Positions 1 through 9,826 are shown, counted from the stretch's first letter. The stretch: DNA of 44,040 nucleotides from Candidatus Woesearchaeota archaeon (GCA_023266475.1 JAHFQA010000004.1:1-44040), one strand, 5' to 3'. Translations and numbers: made by a program. Notes: generated by a model not told the origin, from the sequence alone.

Positions 1-241
1 ACAAGGGAAGAATTTAGATGGCACAGCACTTTTAATTCCTGCAAACAAATATTTGAAAGATAATCCTAATCTCGCTTCTACTTATTTAAATTTAGCTTCA
101 AGTTACGCAAAGGCTAACAACATAGACATACCTTTCCAAGACGAGATTAAAATACGAAGAGCGATTTATGAAGCTGCGACCAATAAATGGAAGAAAGCAG
201 ATGAAGGTATAGAAGGAAGGTTGTTTAAAGGTTCTAAATAA
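1..241 (+). CDS. Hypothetical protein, 3' end only (runs off window start)
   Basis: Frame of the 53..241 ORF is open back to position 2; stop TAA at 239-241, followed by a T-rich tract. Confidence 0.55.
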   Translation, partial: QGKNLDGTALLIPANKYLKDNPNLASTYLNLASSYAKANNIDIPFQDEIKIRRAIYEAATNKWKKADEGIEGRLFKGSK

Positions 242-344
242 TTTATTTTTTATTATAAGGCGTAATACAATAGTTTATGGTGTCACCGAGATTTTTCGTT
301 AACTATTTAAACACATCTTCATTATTTATTACTGGTGGCTTAAA

Positions 345-527
345 ATGCACATAAAAGCGAAATTCCAGGATGGATACCTAGTTCCTTTGGAAAAAGTTAA
401 ATTAAACGAGGGGGAAATTGTTGAGTTAGACTTAGTGCCGCAGAAAAAGTTTTCATGGAAAGGCGCTTTAAAAAACATAAAGCTGACTTCGGTTGGCTTA
501 CAGCATAAGATTAAAGAGAAATGGTAA
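345..527 (+). CDS. Antitoxin, AF2212/DUF104-like family
   Basis: 60 aa, 'IKAKFQDGYLVPLEKVKLNEGEIVEL' matches the AF2212-type pattern; GGTGG SD upstream; directly precedes a PIN gene. Confidence 0.8.
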   Translation: MHIKAKFQDGYLVPLEKVKLNEGEIVELDLVPQKKFSWKGALKNIKLTSVGLQHKIKEKW

Positions 528-528
528 G

Positions 529-924
529 ATGTATTTAATAGATACGAATATATTTCTTGAAATTTTGTTGGAGCAGGAAAAATCAAAAGAATGTGAAGCT
601 TTGATTAACAGGGCAATTAAAAGCAGTGGCTTCCACATTAGTTCTTTCACTCTTCATTCAATTGAGGTCATAATGTTAAGGAATAACAAAGTGAATGAAT
701 TAAAACAATTCTTATCGGATATAAATGAAAGCAGAATTTTGAGGATTGAAACAAATTCCGAAGACGAGCTAAATGCATTATCTATAATGATAAAATTTAA
801 ATTGGATTTTGATGATTCCTTGCAAAATCATATTTGTGAGAAACAAAATCTTAAGATTATAAGCTATGATAAGCACTTTGATAAAACATCGATAAAAAGA
901 TTAGAGCCAAAAGATTTGATATAA
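529..924 (+). CDS. vapC: PIN-domain (VapC-type) ribonuclease toxin
   Basis: Likely start ATG 529 (MYLIDTNIFLE); acidic PIN motifs DTN, E, 'LDFDDS', 'SYDKHFD'. Confidence 0.88.
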   Translation: MYLIDTNIFLEILLEQEKSKECEALINRAIKSSGFHISSFTLHSIEVIMLRNNKVNELKQFLSDINESRILRIETNSEDELNALSIMIKFKLDFDDSLQNHICEKQNLKIISYDKHFDKTSIKRLEPKDLI

Positions 925-927
925 AAA

Positions 928-2568
928 ATGAAAGCAAGCGATTTATTTGTAAAATGCCTTGAAAATGAGGAAGTTGAATATATTTTCGGAGTTCCAGGAG
1001 AGGAAAACGAAGACATAATGATTTCTCTGATAAATTCCAAAATAAAATTTATTCCAACAAGGCATGAGCAAGGTGCTGCTTTCATGGCTGCCATTTTCGG
1101 AAGGCTAACTGGTAAGGCTGGAGTTTGCCTTGCTACACTTGGCCCTGGCGCAATGAATTTGACTACTGGATTGGCAGAGGCGCATCTTGGAAATATGCCT
1201 GTTGTCGCTCTTACCGGCCAAGGAGGCTTACATAGATTCCACAAGCAAAACTTCCAATTTATTGATGTTGTAAATTCGTTTAAGCCGATTACAAAATGGA
1301 ATGCGTCTATTACAACGCCTTCAATTATACCTGAAGCTGTAAGAAAGGCATTCAAGGTTGCAGAGATGGAAAGGCCAGGAGTTGCACATTTGGAGCTGCC
1401 AGAAGATGTTGCAAAAAAAGAGGTTGATGCAAAGCCACTTGCAAGATTGAAGGTAAGAAGGCCAAGCGCCGACCACAAGGCAATTGAGCAAGCTGTTAAG
1501 ATGATAAAAGAAGCCAAAAATCCATTAATTTTGGCAGGAAATGGGTGTGTAAGGACAAGGGTAAGCAAACAGCTGAATTCTTTTGTTGACGAAAGAGGAA
1601 TTCCAATTGTCCACACTCAAATGGGAAAAGGCGCTGTTAGTGACCGCTCAGAATATTCACTCTTTACAACAGGAATTCATGCAAAAGACTACTATGTATG
1701 TGGCTTTGACAGGGCTGATTTAATAATTACATTAGGGTATAACATTGTTGAGTTTTCTCCATTGCACTGGAACAAGAATAAGGACAACAAGATTCTGCAT
1801 ATAGATTTCCTGCCGAGCGAGGTTGATGAATACTACAATCCGGACCTCGAAGTTATTGGTGATATTTCAAACACATTATGGATTTTGAGGGAAAAATTAA
1901 AGAACGAGCAGAAAAAAAACCCGGAGTATTTTTTCAGGCTGAGAAAAACAATTCTGGAAGACCATCATGAAAAAGAAAATGACAATAGCTTTCCTTTAAA
2001 GCCACAGCGAATAATTCATGACATAAGAAAGTCATTGGCTGATTCTGATATTTTAATTTCGGATGTTGGCATGCACAAGATTTGGACTGCAAGGATGTAC
2101 AAAACTTATGAACCGAATACATGCCTAATCGACAATGGATTGTGCTCGATGGGAATATCTCTTCCTGGAGCGGTTGCAGCTAAATTAGTCCATCCCGATA
2201 AAAAGGTTGTTGTTGTTACAGGCGATGGCGGCTTTATGATGAATTCGCAGGAATTAGAGACTGCAATTAGGTTTGGCTTGAGCTTTGTGGTTGTCATATT
2301 TAATGATTCAAAATACGGCATGGTAGAATGGAAGCAGCAAACCCATCATCAGAAAACCTTCGGAATAGATTTTAAAAACCCGGATTTCGTAAAATACGCT
2401 GAAAGCTTTGGTGCAAAAGGCTATCGTGTTGGAAAAGCAGAAGATTTCTCAAGAATTCTGAAAAAGTCTTTGGAAGAAAACACTGTAGCAATAATAGACG
2501 TTCCTGTTGACTATTCAGAGAATTATGAATTGATGAAAAAATTAGGGCAGGAGATTTGTCCTATATAG
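928..2568 (+). CDS. Acetolactate synthase large subunit / ThDP-dependent enzyme
   Basis: 546 aa; 'FGVPGEEN', 'TRHEQGAAFMA', 'TLGPGA', ThDP motif 'GDGGFMMN...FND..YG'; no small subunit nearby. Confidence 0.9.
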   Translation: MKASDLFVKCLENEEVEYIFGVPGEENEDIMISLINSKIKFIPTRHEQGAAFMAAIFGRLTGKAGVCLATLGPGAMNLTTGLAEAHLGNMPVVALTGQGGLHRFHKQNFQFIDVVNSFKPITKWNASITTPSIIPEAVRKAFKVAEMERPGVAHLELPEDVAKKEVDAKPLARLKVRRPSADHKAIEQAVKMIKEAKNPLILAGNGCVRTRVSKQLNSFVDERGIPIVHTQMGKGAVSDRSEYSLFTTGIHAKDYYVCGFDRADLIITLGYNIVEFSPLHWNKNKDNKILHIDFLPSEVDEYYNPDLEVIGDISNTLWILREKLKNEQKKNPEYFFRLRKTILEDHHEKENDNSFPLKPQRIIHDIRKSLADSDILISDVGMHKIWTARMYKTYEPNTCLIDNGLCSMGISLPGAVAAKLVHPDKKVVVVTGDGGFMMNSQELETAIRFGLSFVVVIFNDSKYGMVEWKQQTHHQKTFGIDFKNPDFVKYAESFGAKGYRVGKAEDFSRILKKSLEENTVAIIDVPVDYSENYELMKKLGQEICPI

Positions 2569-2621
2569 AGATTTGGATGATATGAGATAAACTATATTCC
2601 ATAAAATTTTAATTGGTTTGA

Positions 2622-3431
2622 ATGAAAAAAGTCATATTGTTTTTTATTTTTAGTATTTTGTGCTTACCGGTAGTTTTTTCTTTGCCAAAAGAATGTTATC
2701 CGAAATTTAATATCGATCTAAATCTAGTTTCTAAAGTTCGAGGAAGTGAAGAGAATAGTGATTTTCAATTTAATTACTTCAAAGAAGCAGATATTTTATG
2801 GGTTGATAAATTAAGTATATATAATTTTGGAGACTGTGATATCACCGGAATTGTTGTTCATCTGAACATAAGGCCACAAGTTGGTTATAAGTTTAAAGAA
2901 AAACATTCTGCAAATTATAATGATATGCTTATACCATTTCCAGACATTGGTATTAACAAAACTGTGACATTAGTTCGCAGTAATTTTAGTTATTATCATT
3001 TTATCATTAATAATACTACAAACAAAACCTATGGACATTGGGGCATTGACTTAGACGAAACAGGAGACTGGATTATAAGTTACGAAATACGAGATAAAAT
3101 AGGCCATCAAATTCCTTTTTCTGCTAATTTCTGGATAAATAGAGGTAATGTAGAGTGGTTTAAGGTTATAACTCTTTTAGAAGCCTCATTAATAGATTAC
3201 AATAAAACTACTTTGAGTAATAATATTCAAATATTATGGTTAACGAGGTTTCTCTATATTTTAACTGGTTTATTATTTGCTGTATCGGTATTATCTTATT
3301 ATTTTTCTTATAAGTCTGATGTGCATCAAACAAAAGAACTGAAAGAGATTAAAATTATTTTAAAAGAGGTGTTAGAAAAAATCCCTAGAAGAATAGAAGT
3401 AAAAATTGAAAATAAAAAATTTAAAAAATAA
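2622..3431 (+). CDS. Hypothetical secreted/membrane-anchored protein
   Basis: N-terminal signal peptide, several N-x-S/T sequons, C-terminal TM helix and basic tail. Confidence 0.7.
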   Translation: MKKVILFFIFSILCLPVVFSLPKECYPKFNIDLNLVSKVRGSEENSDFQFNYFKEADILWVDKLSIYNFGDCDITGIVVHLNIRPQVGYKFKEKHSANYNDMLIPFPDIGINKTVTLVRSNFSYYHFIINNTTNKTYGHWGIDLDETGDWIISYEIRDKIGHQIPFSANFWINRGNVEWFKVITLLEASLIDYNKTTLSNNIQILWLTRFLYILTGLLFAVSVLSYYFSYKSDVHQTKELKEIKIILKEVLEKIPRRIEVKIENKKFKK

Positions 3432-3471
3432 ATCCTTATGGATAAACAAAAAACACTTTTCAGTCTTTAAT

Positions 3472-3849
3472 CTACAACATCTTCACATTTTCTAAATCCT
3501 TAAAATGGAAGTCTTTTGTAAGAATTTTCAAATTATACAATAATGCAGTAGCCAAAATAAAAGAGTCAATCATTCCCCAATTCTTGACAATTTTCTTTCT
3601 GTCATAGTTGATTTTTCCAGCAGAAATGATAATTGTTTCATCTAATTCCAAAATTTTCGAGCCTTTCTTAATTCCACCTATGTACTCAATAATCTTATCA
3701 TCAATGTTATTCTTCAAGCACCAATTAACAATTTCAGCAAAAGTAATGGCACTTGTGAAATTTTCTTCTGTTTCGAGCACATTTTTGACTATTGCAGTTT
3801 TATCTGATTCCTGAAAAAGTTCAATCCAAGCTGAAGTATCTAGCAACAT
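3472..3849 (-). CDS. vapC: PIN-domain (VapC-type) toxin
   Basis: 'MLLDTSAWIE', 'FAEI', 'GMIDSFILATA', 'LTKDFHF'. Confidence 0.9.
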   Translation of the reverse strand: MLLDTSAWIELFQESDKTAIVKNVLETEENFTSAITFAEIVNWCLKNNIDDKIIEYIGGIKKGSKILELDETIIISAGKINYDRKKIVKNWGMIDSFILATALLYNLKILTKDFHFKDLENVKML

Positions 3850-4070
3850 CAGTATCTGTCCAACCTATCAATCCTATCCCTTTCAAACGGTTTTGTTCCT
3901 TTAGCCGTTCCAATTAGTTTCCATACTTCCTCGAGCTTTCGTCTTTTTAATAGGCTTAATTCCACTTCCTGCCCCTCTTTTATTTCCTCTTCCTCTATTA
4001 CTTGCTTTGGAATCAAAACTCCTAATGAAGTTCCAACTTTCCTAACTTTTGCTTTAAACAAATCTGACAT
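3849..4070 (-). CDS. AbrB/MazE/SpoVT-type antitoxin
   Basis: 'AKVRKVGTSLGVLIPK...IKEGQEV' swapped-hairpin signature; stop overlaps the PIN start; likely ATG at 4070. Confidence 0.88.
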   Translation of the reverse strand: MSDLFKAKVRKVGTSLGVLIPKQVIEEEEIKEGQEVELSLLKRRKLEEVWKLIGTAKGTKPFERDRIDRLDRY

Positions 4071-4270
4071 TTTAATCACATTATAATGTATTATAATAAG
4101 TATATAAAACTTTTGTTTTTTACCTTCTATATAGAAATTAATTCTATTTACTGGTATACTTTTTTCTATATTAATATATAAAAACGTAATATTTAAATAT
4201 AACCTATTCGTAAGAAATAAGGATTATTGAGATAATTATATATTATATATAAATAGTGAGGTGAATGTAG

Positions 4271-5212
4271 ATGAGAAAGATAGCAATTTTCAACCAAAAA
4301 GGTGGTGTCGGAAAAACAACAACAGCTGTTAACCTGGCAGCGGGATTGTCCAGAAACAATAAAAAGGTGTTATTGATTGATTTAGACCCCCAAGGCGATA
4401 TAAGCGTGTGCCACAACACAGATGCACACTACAACCTTTACCATTTTTTAATTGAAGGTGCAGAAATAAATGAATGCGTAAGCAAGCTTGGAAAAAATCT
4501 TGATGTAATTCATTGCGACCACAAGATGGTTGATGCTGAAAGCCAGATTTCAAAGGCAAAAGATAATGTAAGCTATCTTTCAAACAAATTTTCTTTGAAA
4601 CTGGATTATGATTACATAATTCTTGACTGCCCGCCTTCGTTAAGATTACTAAACAAAAATGCGTTGTTCTATGCAAATGAAATTATAATTCCATCTTCAA
4701 CAGATGTTCTTGGCTACGATGCTTTAGAAAAAACCGTAAAAAGGCTTGTGGAATTCAACAGAGTGTATGAGCATAAAATTCTGGTAAGTTCGATCCTGCC
4801 AACAATTTTTGACGCAAGAAACAGTATATGCAATGAAATACTATCAAGAATGAGAAAAGAGTTCACTCCATTGCTTGTTGTAGACCCAATCAGGGCAAAT
4901 TCAAAGCTTAAGGAAGCTCCAAAATCAAAAATGTCCATTTTCACCTACGACAAAAAATCTTCTGGTGCAGAGGACTATTGGAAATTTGTAAAGTCTATAT
5001 TGGAAAACGAGCACATGTATGACTTAAGCATTCCACAATCTCAAAGAGAAAGGTCGATAAGGGATTATTACGTCAACGGCAAGAAAAGAGAAATGATGAT
5101 AGTAAACAACAAAGTGACTTTTGGATTTAAGTTCGTAGCCAATATCAAGGATTCAGTCAGGAATCATTTCACAGAAGGAGCTAAAAGGCAGAAGAAAGCC
5201 GGACATGCTTAA
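4271..5212 (+). CDS. parA: ParA/Soj family ATPase with C-terminal extension
   Basis: 'NQKGGVGKTT' deviant Walker A, 'LIDLDPQG', 'ILDCPPSL'; GAGGTGA SD. Confidence 0.9.
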   Translation: MRKIAIFNQKGGVGKTTTAVNLAAGLSRNNKKVLLIDLDPQGDISVCHNTDAHYNLYHFLIEGAEINECVSKLGKNLDVIHCDHKMVDAESQISKAKDNVSYLSNKFSLKLDYDYIILDCPPSLRLLNKNALFYANEIIIPSSTDVLGYDALEKTVKRLVEFNRVYEHKILVSSILPTIFDARNSICNEILSRMRKEFTPLLVVDPIRANSKLKEAPKSKMSIFTYDKKSSGAEDYWKFVKSILENEHMYDLSIPQSQRERSIRDYYVNGKKREMMIVNNKVTFGFKFVANIKDSVRNHFTEGAKRQKKAGHA

Positions 5213-5329
5213 GAAATTAAAATTTTTGCTGGTTTTTATCCTAAGTTTTTTGAATTTGGGAAGATTTTACGACGCAGATTATTATTTTGTCAAGTCATTG
5301 TTTTATTTAGCAAGAAATAAGATTTTTGG

Positions 5330-5761
5330 CTAAATATCAACAACAACAGTCGCTATCCAATTATTCTTTCCTTTCCTGACTTCAAACATGTGCATTGTAA
5401 TAGCCTTTATATCATTCTCAAGATGCTGTTTCTCGGGATTTATTGTGTCACCCATAAGAATTGATGTCAAATAATATTTTTTATTTTTTTCATTAATTGA
5501 AACTTCCACATCCTTGAAAACCATGTACTTTGAATCTTTTAAAAACAAAATTTCAGATAAAAAATCATATAATAAATTATCAATTTTCTCATGCTCTAGT
5601 TTAATTTCAACTTTTTCTTTGGATTCAATTGTTTTGATGTCGGCGCTTAATTCAAAAATAGCAAGAGCTGCATTCTCAAACATTTCATTTAGGTTTTTGC
5701 CGTATGCCTCATATGCAATGTCAGCGATTGCAACGTCTTCAAGAAATTTGTATTTTGGCAT
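5330..5761 (-). CDS. Archease (RtcB activator)
   Basis: 'YKFLEDVAIADIAYEAYG...FENAALA', C-terminal 'IKAITMH...VVVDI'. Confidence 0.92.
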   Translation of the reverse strand: MPKYKFLEDVAIADIAYEAYGKNLNEMFENAALAIFELSADIKTIESKEKVEIKLEHEKIDNLLYDFLSEILFLKDSKYMVFKDVEVSINEKNKKYYLTSILMGDTINPEKQHLENDIKAITMHMFEVRKGKNNWIATVVVDI

Positions 5762-5771
5762 TTTTTATAAA

Positions 5772-6515
5772 TTAACCGCCTTCAAATGTTTTGCTTATAA
5801 ACCAAATCAATCCTATGCCAAAAATCATAAGCACTAACTGAACAAAAGACCTTTTTATCTCTTTTTCTTTGTGAATTTCAGGTATTAAGTCTGTTGTTGC
5901 AATGTAGATTAGCCCACCTATCGCTAAGGAAGTTATATAAAAATTAATATTCTGTATTCTTGTAGAGTAAAAGTATGCAGCTAAAGCTCCGATTACTGCA
6001 GTCAATGCGCTTATAAAATTATAAAAAGTTGCCTTTAACCTTGAAAATCCTCCGTAGAGCAGTATGGCAAAGTTCCCAAGCTCGTGCGGAATTTCGTGGG
6101 CAACAATTGCAACTGTGGTGGCTATTCCGACTGCAGTGCTGTTCAAAAATGCAATTGCTATTATAACTCCATCTGTAAAATTATGCACGCCATCCCCAAG
6201 AATATTCAAATATGTGAAAGTGTGAATATCTTTCTTGTCAGTGTGGTGATGATGCCAATGAAGGAATTTTTCTATAACAAAAAAAAATAAAATTCCAATT
6301 ATAATAAACATGGGCAATGCCGGCCTGAATCCTTTTTCAATAGCCTCTGGCAGCAAGTCAAAAAATGCAGCTCCAAGCAGTGCGCCTGCTGAAAATGCCA
6401 CCATGTAAAACAAAGATTTTTTCAAAGTTTTTATCATCAAGAATAAGACGCCTAATAGTGATATAATACTGACTATAAAAACAGAAATTAAGATTTGGAA
6501 TAAGATTGATGGCAT
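5772..6515 (-). CDS. ZIP family metal transporter
   Basis: His-rich loop HWHHHH, 'GDGVHNFTDG', 'HEIPHELG', multiple TM helices. Confidence 0.92.
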   Translation of the reverse strand: MPSILFQILISVFIVSIISLLGVLFLMIKTLKKSLFYMVAFSAGALLGAAFFDLLPEAIEKGFRPALPMFIIIGILFFFVIEKFLHWHHHHTDKKDIHTFTYLNILGDGVHNFTDGVIIAIAFLNSTAVGIATTVAIVAHEIPHELGNFAILLYGGFSRLKATFYNFISALTAVIGALAAYFYSTRIQNINFYITSLAIGGLIYIATTDLIPEIHKEKEIKRSFVQLVLMIFGIGLIWFISKTFEGG

Positions 6516-6555
6516 TTTATATATTAAAATAGAACGGGCTTTATAAATCTACTTT

Positions 6556-6732
6556 TTATTTAATCAATTGATTTAATTCCAAAAGAATTGTTAAAAGTTT
6601 TCTTCCCTTATTGGTTATTTCATAATCTACTTTTTGATGCCCAATATCATATTTTACTATAAAACCTTTTTCAGTTAATTCTCTTAAGACAGATGGTAAA
6701 GTAGTATGAGAAACTTTGGTTTTTCTGACCAT
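6556..6732 (-). pseudogene. Winged-helix (HxlR/MarR-like) DNA-binding protein fragment, 58 aa
   Basis: Manual translation MVRKTKVSHTTLPSVLRELTEKGFIVKYDIGHQKVDYEITNKGRKLLTILLELNQLIK; 'YEITNKG' wing motif; N-terminal helices appear missing; overlaps the LAGLIDADG ORF tail in another frame. Confidence 0.6.
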
Positions 6733-7370
6733 TTTGGCATATTTTCTCCTTTGGAGCCTAATAAAAATGAGAAACTTTCTAAATCAACATGGCTTTGAAA
6801 TCTTAACATATGTTTATTTTTAGTTTCTTTATAATTAGTTGGACCATATTTTTCAAATGTTATTTGCAATAAATCCATAAATATCTTATGAGTGGAATGT
6901 GTTATGAGTTTTATAGTATAGTTAGATTTTCTTACTGGAGTTAAATCGCCTAAAACTAAGCCATAGAGATATGCTTTTTCTCGAATAGATAAATCAAATT
7001 TTTGCTTTTCTTTTATGTACCCTATGGCTAATTGAGCTGACCTACTGTCCATTATACTTATTTCATTTTCAACAAGTATCTTTCTTATAGTACCACGATG
7101 AATGTTTGTGTGTCTTGAAACTTTCCTAATCGATTTGCTGTCATTAAAAACTCCTAATAAGTTTTGAATATTGATGCCTTTCCTAAACTTTATTGTAATT
7201 CCTTCTTTATGTGTCCTTAAAATTATTCCAGATTTCTTCAAATGATACTTAACAGTATTTGGATGAATAGAAACTTTATGATTTTGTCCTAGCAATTCAG
7301 CAGTTTCCTTTAAAGAATTACCTTGTTTGTAATATTCACAAGCTAGCTTAATAATTTCATCTGATGTCAT
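6684..7370 (-). pseudogene. Free-standing HTH + LAGLIDADG homing endonuclease, apparently truncated
   Basis: Two N-terminal HTH-like segments, first motif 'KAYLYGLVLGDL', ends shortly after 'MPKW' without a second LAGLIDADG helix; GGAGG SD before ATG 7370. Confidence 0.7.
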
Positions 7371-7420
7371 TTTTATAACCTCCAAAGTTTTTTATTTTCT
7401 TAAAGACTTTGGATTTTCGA

Positions 7421-7511
7421 GAAAAAGAGAACGTTAAGCGAAACTGCGTAATTGATTTTTGTGTTGAAAACCAAAAATCATTATTTGGCAGTTTTGTGTG
7501 TTCTCTTTTTC
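7421..7511. repeat. ~90-nt imperfect palindrome (rod-like hairpin)
   Basis: Nested arms gaaaaagagaac/gttctctttttc, aaactgc/gcagttt, tgatttttg/caaaaatca, apical gtt-GAA-aac. Confidence 0.75.
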
Positions 7512-7601
7512 AGATTTTAGAATAAGAACTAGTTTAAATATTTTAGGCGTAGATGTCCAGTGCTTTTTTGTCCAGTGGTCTATAAATCATTATCTTTTAC
7601 A

Positions 7602-9071
7602 TCAGCCCTTGATATTTCCCAGAGGGAAAAGAGAAACAACAGGCAATGATATTCCAGCTTGTGCCAACGTGTCCACAACTTCATTAATATTCTTATACGC
7701 AAACCCTGCCTCTTCTGCTAATCCCGGCATTGATGTTGCTTTTACATAAATTCCCCTCTTTTCCATATCTTTTTGCAATTCCTCACCCCTAACTTTATGC
7801 TTTGCAGCAGCCCTTGACATTGTTCTTCCGCTTCCATGAGCTGTGCTTCCAAAAGTTTCATCCATTGCTTTTTGAGTTCCTACAAGCAAAAAGCTTCCGG
7901 TTTCCATTGAGCCACCTATAATGACAGGCTGTCCGGTGTCCTTATATAAATTTGCAAGCTCAGGATGATTCGGAGGAAAAGCCCTTGTGCTTCCTTTTCT
8001 GTGCACAATTAATTTTTTCTTTTTTCCGTCAACTATATGCTCTTCAAGTTTTGCAATGTTGTGCGCTACATCGTAGACCATGTGCATATCCAGTTTCTCC
8101 GCTTCTGTTTTGAACACTTTTGAAAATCCCTCCCGTATCCTGTGCAAAATCACTTGCCTGTTTGTGAATGCCATGTTTGCAGCGCAAGCCATAGCCTTGT
8201 AATAGTCCTGGCCTTCATTGCTCTGAAATGGCGCACATGCAAGTTCCCTGTCATAAACTTCAATTTTGTACTTTTTCATAGCACCTTCAAATATTCTCAA
8301 ATAATCAGTTCCAATCTGATGCCCAAATCCTCTTGAGCCGCAATGCACCATAATAACAACCTGCTCCGGCATATTTATTCCAAATTTTTCCGCAATTTTT
8401 CCATCAAAAATATTTTCTGCCCTCGCTACCTGAATTTCTAAATAATGGTTCCCAGATCCAAGAGTCCCTAATTGATTAATTCCTCTTTCCAGCGCTTTTG
8501 AGCTCACTTTTTCTGCATCAGCCCATTCTATTCTTCCATGGCCTTCTGTCCTTTCCATGTCTTCTTTCCATCCATAATTATTTTCTACACACCATTTTGA
8601 GCCATTCTCTATTATTTCTCTGAACTGATTTTTATTTGCACTAACAAATCCTCTTGCTCCAACACCAGAAGGGACTGTTTTGAACATAGTGTCGACTAGT
8701 TCTTTTAATTTTGGCTGGACTTCCTTGAAAGTTAAATTTGTAGTAACCAATCTCATTCCGCAATTTATGTCAAAGCCGATTCCTCCCGGAGAGATTACGC
8801 CTGTTTCCGAATCAAAAGCTGCTACTCCTCCAATTGGAAAACCGTAGCCCCAGTGCCCATCCGGCATACAGAATGAATACTTTTGGATTCCCGGCAGGCA
8901 TGCAACGTTAGTAACTTGGTTGAAAACTCCTGCATCCATATCGTCAAAAAGTTTTTTTGTCGCATAAATTCTTGCAGGAACTAACATACCTTTTTTGTAA
9001 GATGGTGGTATCTCCCAAACAACATCACTAATTTGCTTTACGTCTTTTGGTTTTTCAAAATTCTGTTCCAT
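7602..9071 (-). CDS. rtcB: RtcB RNA 3'-phosphate/5'-OH ligase (tRNA-splicing ligase)
   Basis: 'MPDGHWGYGFPIGG', 'GFDINCG', 'GSGNHYLE', 'VHCGSRG', 'HRKGSTRA', 'STAHGSGR'; no intein. Confidence 0.97.
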   Translation of the reverse strand: MEQNFEKPKDVKQISDVVWEIPPSYKKGMLVPARIYATKKLFDDMDAGVFNQVTNVACLPGIQKYSFCMPDGHWGYGFPIGGVAAFDSETGVISPGGIGFDINCGMRLVTTNLTFKEVQPKLKELVDTMFKTVPSGVGARGFVSANKNQFREIIENGSKWCVENNYGWKEDMERTEGHGRIEWADAEKVSSKALERGINQLGTLGSGNHYLEIQVARAENIFDGKIAEKFGINMPEQVVIMVHCGSRGFGHQIGTDYLRIFEGAMKKYKIEVYDRELACAPFQSNEGQDYYKAMACAANMAFTNRQVILHRIREGFSKVFKTEAEKLDMHMVYDVAHNIAKLEEHIVDGKKKKLIVHRKGSTRAFPPNHPELANLYKDTGQPVIIGGSMETGSFLLVGTQKAMDETFGSTAHGSGRTMSRAAAKHKVRGEELQKDMEKRGIYVKATSMPGLAEEAGFAYKNINEVVDTLAQAGISLPVVSLFPLGNIKG

Positions 9072-9079
9072 TCAATACC

Positions 9080-9826
9080 TCATTGATTTATTTTTAATAC
9101 TTTTAATTCAGCAAAAGGACCTTTTAATTCAGGTAATTTTTCTAATGGCACTAGATTGTACAAAAATCTTGGGCTCTTAGAGTTAACTACAACCCAGTGG
9201 CCAGTGTTAATATCAAAAACTAGTGTTGCATCATGGCCAACTTCTTCTGTTCCTACTCCTATAGCTGTATGTCTAAGGGACGTGTCTAATATTGCCTGGT
9301 CAAATGCTTCTCTTATATATATACCTGCTACTGTACAAATACCAGAGCCAGTTTCGTCGCCTTTCGGTTTGTAATGGGATAAACAACTCTCAAATTCTAG
9401 ATAAGCTTGATGATGTATCGATGGGTCCCTACCATTTTTTTCTGCTTCGAGTGCTAACTTCTGTGTTTTGTCCTTAACTGCCCCCAATGCCCATGAAGAA
9501 TTGTACGTCATTGAACCATTAATCGCTTCTGCTATCATTTCTAGCGATTCATTCAGCGGAGCAAAATTAGTCATAAATAAATTATCCCAAACTCCAATAT
9601 ATCTTTCAGCTAATTCTCTTTCCAAAACTGGACGAGCTATTTTGACTTTACGTTCTTGTGGAAAACCATAATTCTTAAGCTCAAGAGGGATATAAATTCC
9701 AATATCCCAAATATCAATTTCGCAATCGGTTCCTGATGCAAAATAATAAGATCTCCTCTCAAAATTATTGATTACTCTAATTTCAGTTAAACGCGATTCC
9801 AATTCTTCATTACATACTCTTTCCAT
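9080..9826 (-). CDS. Hypothetical protein, possible transglutaminase/papain-like fold
   Basis: 248 aa; 'GICTVAG'...'GHDATLVFD..TGHWVVVNS' resembles a Cys-His-Asn/Asp triad layout. Confidence 0.55.
   Translation of the reverse strand: MERVCNEELESRLTEIRVINNFERRSYYFASGTDCEIDIWDIGIYIPLELKNYGFPQERKVKIARPVLERELAERYIGVWDNLFMTNFAPLNESLEMIAEAINGSMTYNSSWALGAVKDKTQKLALEAEKNGRDPSIHHQAYLEFESCLSHYKPKGDETGSGICTVAGIYIREAFDQAILDTSLRHTAIGVGTEEVGHDATLVFDINTGHWVVVNSKSPRFLYNLVPLEKLPELKGPFAELKVLKINQ

Noticed and set aside
278-298. Minus-strand 'aatctcggtgacacca' resembling a tRNA 3' end (att-site remnant)
   Set aside because: Only ~16 nt, no TTC loop or 5' half, no integrase nearby; equally explained as a short palindrome (ggtg-t-cacc) near the TA promoter
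864-1616. 250-aa minus-strand ORF and the many other antisense or nested ORFs in the track
   Set aside because: Shadow frames of well-supported genes (ALS, rtcB, copA, liv, purH, glyA etc.) with no independent motifs
7602-9071. Intein in RtcB as the source of the neighbouring LAGLIDADG
   Set aside because: RtcB is contiguous at normal length and the LAGLIDADG ORF has no intein splicing motifs
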